Of a DNA stretch of 44,636 nucleotides, positions 6,918-15,416 are shown one piece after another. The stretch spans positions 1 to 44,636 of the IMG/VR virus record IMGVR_UViG_3300017648_000193; one strand, given 5' to 3'. A model generated the notes under the pieces. It was given only the letters and a program-made list of their open reading frames with translations. It was not told where the DNA came from and did no database searches. How positions within the stretch are numbered: the first letter of the stretch is position 1; every line of letters begins with the position of its first letter. The stretch is from a virus (taxonomy: Duplodnaviria > Caudoviricetes). Position numbers and translations under genes: made by a program.

Positions 6918-7259
6918 ATGGCGCTCACTCTTGCCGAACGCGCAAATCTGGCCGACGACTCACAGTTCATCCGAAAAGTCCGGCAGGCGCTCATCCGACA
7001 TGCTGTCTACCAGCGTGGGCGAACCCCGGATGGGGAGAACTTCTCATCGCTCCAGCAGCTCGGGATCTCCGTTCTTCAGAACCCGGAGGGGGAATCGAGA
7101 CGATTCGCACATGGCGTCGCCTCCGATCCCATGATCGAGAGCAAGTCGCCGCAAGACAGCACCATCTCGTCCGTCATTGAGGTGATCTTCCCGGCTTACA
7201 CGTCATTTATCGAGTCGCCGCCTGCTCCAGAGGAAGAGGAGCCGGAGAGTAGCGAATAG
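6918..7259 (+). CDS. Hypothetical protein
   Basis: Start MALTLAERANLADD after AAAGGA RBS; acidic tail. Confidence 0.75.
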   Translation: MALTLAERANLADDSQFIRKVRQALIRHAVYQRGRTPDGENFSSLQQLGISVLQNPEGESRRFAHGVASDPMIESKSPQDSTISSVIEVIFPAYTSFIESPPAPEEEEPESSE

Positions 7260-7270
7260 TCGGTATGTTG

Positions 7271-7373
7271 TGGTAGTATGTCCATGTGAACGACGCCTCC
7301 TCCCTGGTCGTTCGCGTGGTGCCTCTCCTCAGGACCAGAACGCCCCGGTGATATCTTTCACCGGGGCGTTCTG
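7271..7373 (+). ncRNA. Putative small RNA with anti-Shine-Dalgarno loops (cuckoo/CcsR-like), with promoter and terminator
   Basis: TGgTAGTAT extended -10; hairpin 7284-7317 with CCTCCTCCC in the loop; second hairpin with loop CTCCTC; terminator 7336-7373. Confidence 0.6.
7336..7373. terminator. Intrinsic terminator between convergent units
   Basis: 16-bp perfect stem CAGAACGCCCCGGTGA/TCACCGGGGCGTTCTG. Confidence 0.8.
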
Positions 7374-7379
7374 TATGTG

Positions 7380-7709
7380 CTAGAAGATGTCGCGCTTCCC
7401 TGATCGCCGTCGTTCCTCCCACGCCATTTTCTCTTCCTCCGCCGCGATCCACTCGCGATAGAAATCCACCTTGCTTTGATAGGCCACGTTGTACCGGTAG
7501 ACTTCCTCATCGTCTTCGGTGTATACACCCGCATCGTCGAAGGGGACCTCGATATCGACGCCATCCGCTTCGATCAGGAACTTCCCGGCCTGATGCATTT
7601 CATGGCAACACAACTGGCCTGTTCTCTCGTTCGGTATCGGCAGGTGACCGAAAATATTGACGTGTTCCTTTGCGTATTCCTGCCACTCGGGAAGATCGCG
7701 GATTGTCAT
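7380..7709 (-). CDS. Hypothetical protein (lone leftward gene)
   Basis: AGGAG RBS; CCHEMH motif; terminator downstream. Confidence 0.75.
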   Translation of the reverse strand: MTIRDLPEWQEYAKEHVNIFGHLPIPNERTGQLCCHEMHQAGKFLIEADGVDIEVPFDDAGVYTEDDEEVYRYNVAYQSKVDFYREWIAAEEEKMAWEERRRSGKRDIF

Positions 7710-7770
7710 TATTCACTCCTAGTGTAATACTACGATCATGTTGCACAGGGAGGTCATGCTTGGAGACACG

Positions 7771-8037
7771 ATGACCCTCCTGCAATCTTACACGAGCCGG
7801 GAAGTCGCCGATCACTTCGGCATTTCTGAGAGCACGATTCGCTGGTACAAGAAAAGCGGACTGATCTCACCTCTTCTCCCCCGGAATCTCTACACCGTCC
7901 GCGAGGGCGTCTCCAGCGTGTACAAGGGGTTTGGCCCCCAGCACATGCAGGAACTCCGCCGGATTCTGGAGATGAAGGAACAAAACCGGACCCTTCGCGA
8001 TATGCGGGATGCCCTCCATCCGGAGGACGATGAATGA
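7771..8037 (+). CDS. MerR-type HTH protein (regulator or Nu1-like terminase small subunit)
   Basis: YTSREVADHFGISESTIRWYKKSGLISP is a MerR HTH; ATGA overlap with terL. Confidence 0.8.
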   Translation: MTLLQSYTSREVADHFGISESTIRWYKKSGLISPLLPRNLYTVREGVSSVYKGFGPQHMQELRRILEMKEQNRTLRDMRDALHPEDDE

Positions 8038-9869
8038 ATATTCCCGCATCCGCGCATATCGCTCTATCCCGGCAATCCGCAATCTCTCCATTCCTTCTCG
8101 AACCCGCCATCGTCCCCGGTCTCGGTCCGGACCTGGATCGAGTCCCTGACGATCTCCATGAATGGCTGGTGTGGAAGCATCGCGTCAGCGCGCTTCGTGA
8201 GGAGGTCCGCCGTTCCTGCGAGGGAGATACGCGCGAGGCAGCGAAGAACCGAGCCGCCGAGATGCGGCTGTGTGCCGACGACCCCGCCTACTTCCTGATC
8301 ATGTACGGGGTTGTCTTCGAGCCCCGGAAATACAGGGATCGGAAGCCGGGGTGGTACCGGTGGATGCTCTTTGCCAGTCAGGTGAAGACGATCCGGGCGA
8401 TTCAGTTCGCCATGAATGCGGAAGAACTGGGCCGGGGCGACCTCATTGTGGAAAAGTCCCGCGAGATGGGATTCTCGTGGATCGTTTGTGGATATATCGC
8501 ACACCAGTTTCTCTTCTCCGATCACTTCGTCGCCGGTCTGATCAGCCGAAACGCCGAGAAAGTGGATCGGACGGGCGATACCGATACCCTCTTTTACAAA
8601 ATCCGGGCGAATCTCGGCATCATCGAACAGGTCCCGGACTATCTCCGCCTCCCCAAATGGATGATGCCTGCGGGATTCAACGCCGAGGACCACTCCCTCC
8701 TTCGCCTGATCACGCATCCGACCAAAACGAACACCATCGTTGGCGAGACGACAACGGAGATGGCGGGTGTCGGTGGACGCGCCACACTTCGATTCTCCGA
8801 TGAGGCGGCTCGATTCGACGACTTCGATCAGGCATGGGCGAATCAGGGCGGGACATCCAACCATCGCATTGCCGGCTCGTCGGCAGATACGAAGAGCCCG
8901 GGGTTCAAGATTCTTGCCGATCTCGGCAAGGAGTGCATCGCCAATCCCCAGCGGGAGGGACCCACATTCCTGCGTCTCGACTGGTGGTATAACCCGTATC
9001 ACACGCAGGAATGGTACGAGAACGAGAAGGCTCGGTTCAAAACCGACCCTCACTACTTCGCACGGGAGTACGAACTTGACTACTACGCCGGTGCCGGTCA
9101 GTCCACCTACCCCCGATTCAGTCTGATCCGGCCATCGAACTCACCATACGATCCCTATCTCGGGCGCCTCTGGTGCACGATAGACCCCGGCCTTGCCGAT
9201 CCTCCAGCCGCTGTCTGGATTCAGGAGGATCGCGCGGCCAAGCGATACCGCATTGTCAACTCCTTCATGGGTCGCGGCGGGGAGGATGCTGAATTCCTGA
9301 CATCCATCGTGCTTGGCATCCCCCTTTCCGGTCTCGGGTACGACTATGGCTCCTATCCCGGTCTCCATGACCTCATGGCGTGGACGGGATCGCTCAACCG
9401 GGCGGTCATCTATGTCGGCGATCCGGCAGGAAGGAACGCTGGCGGCGCGTCGCACAAGTCGTTCTACGACGGGATGACGACATCGAGCCGCGATATGTCA
9501 GGCGGGTCGTCCGTTATCAACGTCCGCACCATCACGAAGATCGAAAAAAGCGGTCAGGGTGACGCCCGGTCGTTCCAGAACCGACGAACCGCCATCAACA
9601 AGCTCACGCATCGGATGGACTTCGACGCGAATCCGGGCGGGATCATGGTGCTCACCGCACTTCAGGAGACCCGATATCTTCAGCGGAAAGAAGGACGAAC
9701 GTACCAGTCCGAGCTCCTTGAACCGGCCCATGACAAGTGGTCCCACCTTCGCAGCGCCGTGGAGTTCTGGGCCGTCATCATCACGGAAGACGAGCAAATT
9801 CGCGAGGTGACGGAAGACATCACCGCTGCCCCGATCAGGATATCGATGAGTGGCCGCACGGTCGCATGA
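8034..9869 (+). CDS. terL: Terminase large subunit
   Basis: Walker A IVEKSREMGFSW, Walker B RFSDEAA, nuclease IDPGLADP, C-terminal PAHDKWSH. Confidence 0.95.
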   Translation: MNIPASAHIALSRQSAISPFLLEPAIVPGLGPDLDRVPDDLHEWLVWKHRVSALREEVRRSCEGDTREAAKNRAAEMRLCADDPAYFLIMYGVVFEPRKYRDRKPGWYRWMLFASQVKTIRAIQFAMNAEELGRGDLIVEKSREMGFSWIVCGYIAHQFLFSDHFVAGLISRNAEKVDRTGDTDTLFYKIRANLGIIEQVPDYLRLPKWMMPAGFNAEDHSLLRLITHPTKTNTIVGETTTEMAGVGGRATLRFSDEAARFDDFDQAWANQGGTSNHRIAGSSADTKSPGFKILADLGKECIANPQREGPTFLRLDWWYNPYHTQEWYENEKARFKTDPHYFAREYELDYYAGAGQSTYPRFSLIRPSNSPYDPYLGRLWCTIDPGLADPPAAVWIQEDRAAKRYRIVNSFMGRGGEDAEFLTSIVLGIPLSGLGYDYGSYPGLHDLMAWTGSLNRAVIYVGDPAGRNAGGASHKSFYDGMTTSSRDMSGGSSVINVRTITKIEKSGQGDARSFQNRRTAINKLTHRMDFDANPGGIMVLTALQETRYLQRKEGRTYQSELLEPAHDKWSHLRSAVEFWAVIITEDEQIREVTEDITAAPIRISMSGRTVA

Positions 9870-9910
9870 TAGAATGGTCACGTATTGTATAGACAAATGG
9901 AGTGTGAACG

Positions 9911-12103
9911 ATGGTCCTGCCAATGATGAACCCCGGACAGCAGCAGCCCGGTCCGCCGATGACTCCGGCAGGACCGGCAATGGGCGTGGCTCCCCTTCCG
10001 GGGATGAACCCACAGCCGCAGCCGCCAGTTCCCGCCCCGTCGCCCCTGGGCATGATGGGTGGCCCGGAAGGCGCACAGCCGATGATGGGCGAGATGGACC
10101 CGCTGTCATCACTGGACGACCCGCAGGTGATGTCCGCCCTCCTCGATCTCATGGCCGAGATGGAGGAGTTGCAGAACGGGCCGATCTATCCCCGGTGGTA
10201 CAAGCCCAAGCATTATCCCAAGCCGAAGATTTCGGATGTCATCGCCAAGGTCAATCAGGACCACGAGCTGTACCAGCTCCTGATCAAGCGCATTCGTGCC
10301 GACCGCCGCCTGCTTCGCCTGATGGATGTTGGCAAGTTCAAGGATGCTGACGATATCGAGGTGACGTTTCAGGATGCCTCGCTCGTGCATGACCTCGCGC
10401 TGGTCATCACGTTGCTCGCCGGATGCGATCTTAACTTCGAGGCGAAGGCGAAGAACATGGGTGAGCGCGAGCTGGCGGAGAAGAAGGAGCAGTTCTCCCA
10501 CGCGCTCCGGGATCAGACAAGCCGCCGTCACTTCCGCATCCACGGTACCGATCTCTCTTACGACGAAGCAAAGTTCGCAACGGAAACCGGGCATGTCGTC
10601 TACCGCCTGGAACTGGACTTCGACGCGGAGTCCGACGAAATCCCGGTGATCGTCGATCTCCTGGACCCCGTAACCTGCTACCCCACCTGGGACCGGAACG
10701 GTCTCCTGACCGTGACGCGGCTCTACGCCGACAACGTAGGGACCATCGTCAACACATGGGATGACGATGGCGAGAAGGGCATCGAGGCGGCGCTGACATC
10801 CCAGAAGTTTCGTGACCCCACGACACAGGCTGATCGTTACCGGACACTCGATGACAAAGTGGAGATCATGGAGTACTGGGATCGCCGGTGGAAAATCATC
10901 GTCGCCTCCGGTGTGGAGGTCGTCCGGGTGGAGCATCGGTTCGGGTTCGTCCCCTTCCACTACGGGCGATCCCCGTTCGGCGATGCCGGGCCGATGAGTC
11001 TGGAGGCCCTTCACGCGACGCATGGTCAGCCGTCCGGAATGACCGCGCTTGAGATCGCCAGCAAGGGGCTCTCCCATATCTGGGCGACCAAGACGACGCA
11101 CCTCCAGCGGGAAGCGATCCTCGGTCGGCTGATGACGGAGTTGAAGAAGTCGGCCAACCCGGACCGCACCTTCTCCCAGACACCGGATCGGTACGGCAAG
11201 AAGCCTCTGGTGTCCAATGCCGAAGGGTCGATCTCGATGCTTCTGGAAGGTTCCGAGAAGGAGCTGCCGCCTGTTCAGAAGCCCGGCCTGTCTCTCGCCC
11301 CACCGGTTCTCGCCGCCGTTGGCGAAGCGAACCAGCGCGGGATGATGCCTGCCGCCGCCTATGGCGTGACGATGAATGCGAACCAGTCGGGAACGGCCAT
11401 CGAGGGGATGAACGAATCCGGTCGAGACAAGACAACGCCGTGGCTGAAGATGCTTTGCGCGGCGCATATCGACGTTGCGGAGAAGGCAATGACGCTTGTC
11501 CGAGACTGGGGGCACCTGCTCGGGTCGGAGGGTCAGCGCGGGACGTTCTTCATCGAGCGATCCCGACCCGTTCCGGGCAAAGACGATACGATCATGCTGA
11601 CGCCTGCCGAGCTGCGTCAGGTCGGCGTCAAGATCAACTGCAAGATGACCTCACTTCGTCTCTCGAATCTCGGGAATCTCGGACAGGCGATCATGCCGTG
11701 GATTCAGGGAGGCATGATGGAGAAGGTCGAGGCAATGGAACTCCGTGGCGTACAGGACCCCCTCGCTGCCCTGCGACGCATCGAGATCGAGCAGTTCAAG
11801 TCCGACCCTGCGTACAAGCAGGTCGCCATCATGCGCTGGCTGCAGGAGGAAGGGCTCTATGAGGACGCGCTTCTGTACCAGCAGATCATCTCCGCCCAAG
11901 GCGGAGCGCAGGGCGGTCCTCCGCCATCACCGGCAGGTGGCTTGCAGGGTGGAGCGCAACCGCCACAGGCGCAGAACGGTGGCGCACCGGGCGGACCTAT
12001 TGGGCCGAATCAGGCACAAGGCGGTCAAGGGTCAATGGGGATGCCGTCTCGACTCCCCGGACCGCCGCCATCGACACAGGGGCTCCCGCCGGGCGCAATG
12101 TAG
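9911..12103 (+). CDS. Portal protein
   Basis: 730 aa directly after terL; LLDPVTCYP and EHRFGFVPF motifs; P/Q/G-rich termini. Confidence 0.88.
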   Translation: MVLPMMNPGQQQPGPPMTPAGPAMGVAPLPGMNPQPQPPVPAPSPLGMMGGPEGAQPMMGEMDPLSSLDDPQVMSALLDLMAEMEELQNGPIYPRWYKPKHYPKPKISDVIAKVNQDHELYQLLIKRIRADRRLLRLMDVGKFKDADDIEVTFQDASLVHDLALVITLLAGCDLNFEAKAKNMGERELAEKKEQFSHALRDQTSRRHFRIHGTDLSYDEAKFATETGHVVYRLELDFDAESDEIPVIVDLLDPVTCYPTWDRNGLLTVTRLYADNVGTIVNTWDDDGEKGIEAALTSQKFRDPTTQADRYRTLDDKVEIMEYWDRRWKIIVASGVEVVRVEHRFGFVPFHYGRSPFGDAGPMSLEALHATHGQPSGMTALEIASKGLSHIWATKTTHLQREAILGRLMTELKKSANPDRTFSQTPDRYGKKPLVSNAEGSISMLLEGSEKELPPVQKPGLSLAPPVLAAVGEANQRGMMPAAAYGVTMNANQSGTAIEGMNESGRDKTTPWLKMLCAAHIDVAEKAMTLVRDWGHLLGSEGQRGTFFIERSRPVPGKDDTIMLTPAELRQVGVKINCKMTSLRLSNLGNLGQAIMPWIQGGMMEKVEAMELRGVQDPLAALRRIEIEQFKSDPAYKQVAIMRWLQEEGLYEDALLYQQIISAQGGAQGGPPPSPAGGLQGGAQPPQAQNGGAPGGPIGPNQAQGGQGSMGMPSRLPGPPPSTQGLPPGAM

Positions 12104-12113
12104 TCTTCCAAGG

Positions 12114-12148
12114 GAAGTGGTCCGGCAGTTCAACTGCCGGACCACTTC
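12114..12148. repeat. 35-bp perfect palindrome, copy 1
   Basis: GAAGTGGTCCGGCAGTT-C-AACTGCCGGACCACTTC, followed by TATCGT at 12150. Confidence 0.95.
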
Positions 12149-12196
12149 TTATCGTCGCTTCCAAAGGATGTGCGCATCTGATATGGAGACGACGAC

Positions 12197-12913
12197 ATGG
12201 CTTACCCCGGCACAATCGGTCCGATAGACGAATCGACCGGCCTGCAAAAGACCCAGCAGCAAATCAACAATGACACCGCGTCCCTTCTCTCGGCCCAGCA
12301 GCAGGCGGCTTCGGCTGGCGCGACGGGGACGAATGCCGGAGGCCTTTCCCCGCTGACCGGATGGGCACAGAACCAGGGATTTACTCCCGAGCTTCTGGCC
12401 GACAACATCTACGACAGCCCGTGGTGGATGCTGCCGTATGTCTTCCAGGGGATCAAGACCGACAGCCCCGGCTATCAGGCGCTGCGCGACATCGGCGGCG
12501 ATCCGATGGCGCTCTACAACATCATCTACGGCTCAAACGGCATGATCCCGCAGGAGTCTCACGGTGATTACGCGAACTTCCTGAACGAACTGTATTCGGG
12601 ACTCGGGACGGCAGGCGGCCAGGGGATCAACGCCCGGCAGCTCCTCGCCAACATCTTCGGCGCGGGAAGCGACTCTACGCTCGGGCAGGTCATGAGCGCG
12701 GGCGATATGTCCCAGCAGACACGGACCCTGTACAACCTGATCCGCGATGCGACCAACATGGGCCTGAATCCGTTGGCGGCATCGGGGTATCAGAGCGCGA
12801 CTGCCCGAGCGCTGGACGACTACGGTTCCTCAATGCTGACCAAGAACGCTGGTGATACGGTCGGGCCTGCCGAATACCTCCGGCAGAATCGGCCCGACCT
12901 GATGGTGAGGTAG
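12197..12913 (+). CDS. Putative internal virion/ejection protein
   Basis: G/Q/A/S-rich; located between portal and virion lysin; GGAG RBS. Confidence 0.65.
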   Translation: MAYPGTIGPIDESTGLQKTQQQINNDTASLLSAQQQAASAGATGTNAGGLSPLTGWAQNQGFTPELLADNIYDSPWWMLPYVFQGIKTDSPGYQALRDIGGDPMALYNIIYGSNGMIPQESHGDYANFLNELYSGLGTAGGQGINARQLLANIFGAGSDSTLGQVMSAGDMSQQTRTLYNLIRDATNMGLNPLAASGYQSATARALDDYGSSMLTKNAGDTVGPAEYLRQNRPDLMVR

Positions 12914-12916
12914 GAT

Positions 12917-13354
12917 ATGGCCTCGATCTGGGATACCCCGTATACCGGCTCCAGTGGAGGGTACAGCACGGGATTTGGGTCGAATGGTGGTGGGACGAAT
13001 CCCTTTTACCAGCAGGGGTCGAACTATGGTGCCGATCAGGATTGGGCGAGTACGCCACTAACCGGAACCATCCGGGAGCAGAACCCCCAGCTCGCTTTCA
13101 GCGAATGGCTGGGCGGTCTCGGTATCCCCGACAACGACACCAGTTTCAACCGCTATCTCTACGCACAGTATCCCAGATTCGAGCGAGCCTACGGTATGGC
13201 GACGTTGCAGAACCCATTCATCACCATCGGGGACTTCATCCAGAGCATGCCGGGTCTCTCACAATTGCAGCAGCAATTCCAGTCGCTTTCACAGCAGCAG
13301 CGTGGCGAAGACTGGCGGAGCTTCAGCCCTCAGGCACGCTGGATCACGAGATAA
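12917..13354 (+). CDS. Putative internal virion protein
   Basis: G/S/Q-rich; same operon; GAGG RBS. Confidence 0.65.
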   Translation: MASIWDTPYTGSSGGYSTGFGSNGGGTNPFYQQGSNYGADQDWASTPLTGTIREQNPQLAFSEWLGGLGIPDNDTSFNRYLYAQYPRFERAYGMATLQNPFITIGDFIQSMPGLSQLQQQFQSLSQQQRGEDWRSFSPQARWITR

Positions 13355-13374
13355 CACGAGGGGAGTGAGCGTGT

Positions 13375-15405
13375 ATGGATTCGTTCGCAACCCGCGCCGC
13401 GTACTCAGGGTCGCCCCTGCAAACCGAATGGAACCACTTGCCGAACGGAAATCTTCTCGATTCGGCGTATGAGTCGTGGTATCGACAGAATCAGGCTCCG
13501 TGGGGCTACGACCAGATGCCGTCGTCCTACGGCCAGTCCTCGTACGGACCCGTCAATCAATTCGGGAACTACGCCGGATACGAGCCGCTGTCGGGATTCA
13601 CCTCGAAGTCAATCAATGCCGACATCAACGAGTGGCTGCAACGAAAGTATCCGGAACTCTTCGACTGGGAGAGCGGGACCGTCAACATGGGCGGCGGGAT
13701 CAGCGCCGGAGATGTGAGCCGGAACCCGGGCTTCGGCCAGTTCGCCCAGACACCGGGTCTCTTCGACGCGATCCAGAATGCGGCGAATGCCTACGGCGTA
13801 CCCGCGAACTTCCTGAAAGTCATGATTGCCCGAGAGTCGTCAGGAGACTGGGCGAGAGATGGAGGACGTGCGCCATACATCTCTTCGCATCAGGGAAGGA
13901 TTCTCCCCTTCGTCGGCATCTTCGACTTCACACTCGCGAGTCGCGTCCCCGGCGTGTCGTTCGATTCCCTGATTGGCAACATGCAGGGACAGGTCGATGC
14001 CGCTGCCGCCGTTCTCCGATCGATCTATGACGAAGTTCGAAGCCAGAATCCTCAGTACGGATGGCTCAATGTCGCGGCCATGTACTACTCCGGAGACCCG
14101 TCGGGAGCCACGAACCCGGCAGGATCGGAGCAGTACGGAAGCACACGGGAGTATATGGCGAGCGTTCAGGAATGGTGGAGTGCCGAAGACACCTGGGTGC
14201 AGCAGAATGGCGGTCAGCTCTGGCGGGAGGACGGGTCGATATCGGCGCCGACGACTGCCGAGTGGAAGAACGTCAACCAGTGGGACCAGTACGTTCTCGC
14301 CGCATCCGGTCGGTACGGTGTCCCGGCGAACCTGATCAAGGCCATTATCCGCGCGGAGTCGGGCGGCGACCCATCGGCGATCTCGCCAGTTGGCGCATCC
14401 GGTCTGATGCAGGTCATGCCGGACATCCACAATGCCGATCAGCAGCGCCTTCTCACCGACCCCGGATATGCAATTGATGTCGGGACTCGCATCCTTAAGG
14501 AGAACTTCGACCAGTACGGATCGTGGGATATGGCGGCGAAGGCCTATCTCGGTCTCACCGGGACTGATAGCTACGGGACGGACGCCGCGACCTACTGGAG
14601 CCGGGTCAATTCCTACTGGAGCGAACTCGACGCCAATGCCTCCGGCATGTTCGGGGGTGCGACCGGGAAGCCAACCGAAGCGCTGACGAACCTCGACGCG
14701 ATCTGGGGCGGCGCGAAGAACAAGGATGGCACACCGTTTGGCACCTCCCAGCAAAACGGTGACACGAATGAATGGGTGCAATCCCATCCGGATATGTATG
14801 CCTACTCCTACGGATTGCTCGGACATCTCGGGCACCCGGGAGACGACTGGGTGATGCCAGCGGGGACTCAGCTCTACGCCCCGGCGAGCGGTGAAGTCAT
14901 CGTCGCCGGAGGGTCGGGATCGTACGGGTGGTACGGAAATACCCAGCCACAAACGGGAGAACTCCGGATTCGTCTCGATAACGGTCACGAGATCATTCTC
15001 GGTCACATGTCCGGTATCCACGTCACGGTCGGCCAACGTGTCACGGCAGGTCAGTATGTGGGTCTCTCAGGCGGGGCGGGATCGGGCGATCACCTCCACC
15101 TCGAATACCGTATCCCGAATCCAAGCTTCTCATCAGGCTGGCAATCGGTCGATCCGTCGTCTGCCCTGCGCGGCATTTACGGCGGGTCGTTCACCACGGC
15201 GGGGTCCGCAAAGGGCGCTGGCGTTGATCGTCCCTACACCTACAAGGACCTTCTCCGGGCGGGCGCGTCCGGCTCCACGATCTTCGGCGGCAAGACCGGA
15301 TCGACGGGATCAGGATGGAGCGACTTCCTCCGATCCTTCATGCGCACCGGTCAACCTCCTGCCGGATACAGCCGTGTTGATTACGCGAACCTGCCATCGA
15401 GATAG
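13375..15405 (+). CDS. Virion-associated peptidoglycan hydrolase: two SLT lytic transglycosylase domains plus M23 peptidase
   Basis: YGVPANFLKVMIARESSG; YGVPANLIKAIIRAESGG...GASGLMQVMP; M23 HPGDD...GHMS...DHLHLE. Confidence 0.9.
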   Translation: MDSFATRAAYSGSPLQTEWNHLPNGNLLDSAYESWYRQNQAPWGYDQMPSSYGQSSYGPVNQFGNYAGYEPLSGFTSKSINADINEWLQRKYPELFDWESGTVNMGGGISAGDVSRNPGFGQFAQTPGLFDAIQNAANAYGVPANFLKVMIARESSGDWARDGGRAPYISSHQGRILPFVGIFDFTLASRVPGVSFDSLIGNMQGQVDAAAAVLRSIYDEVRSQNPQYGWLNVAAMYYSGDPSGATNPAGSEQYGSTREYMASVQEWWSAEDTWVQQNGGQLWREDGSISAPTTAEWKNVNQWDQYVLAASGRYGVPANLIKAIIRAESGGDPSAISPVGASGLMQVMPDIHNADQQRLLTDPGYAIDVGTRILKENFDQYGSWDMAAKAYLGLTGTDSYGTDAATYWSRVNSYWSELDANASGMFGGATGKPTEALTNLDAIWGGAKNKDGTPFGTSQQNGDTNEWVQSHPDMYAYSYGLLGHLGHPGDDWVMPAGTQLYAPASGEVIVAGGSGSYGWYGNTQPQTGELRIRLDNGHEIILGHMSGIHVTVGQRVTAGQYVGLSGGAGSGDHLHLEYRIPNPSFSSGWQSVDPSSALRGIYGGSFTTAGSAKGAGVDRPYTYKDLLRAGASGSTIFGGKTGSTGSGWSDFLRSFMRTGQPPAGYSRVDYANLPSR

Positions 15406-15416
15406 AAAGGCGATCC

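Noticed and set aside
9845-9900. Fourth copy of the late palindrome before the portal gene
   Set aside because: Only GTGGCC...GGTCAC plus TATTGT; spacing and core do not match.
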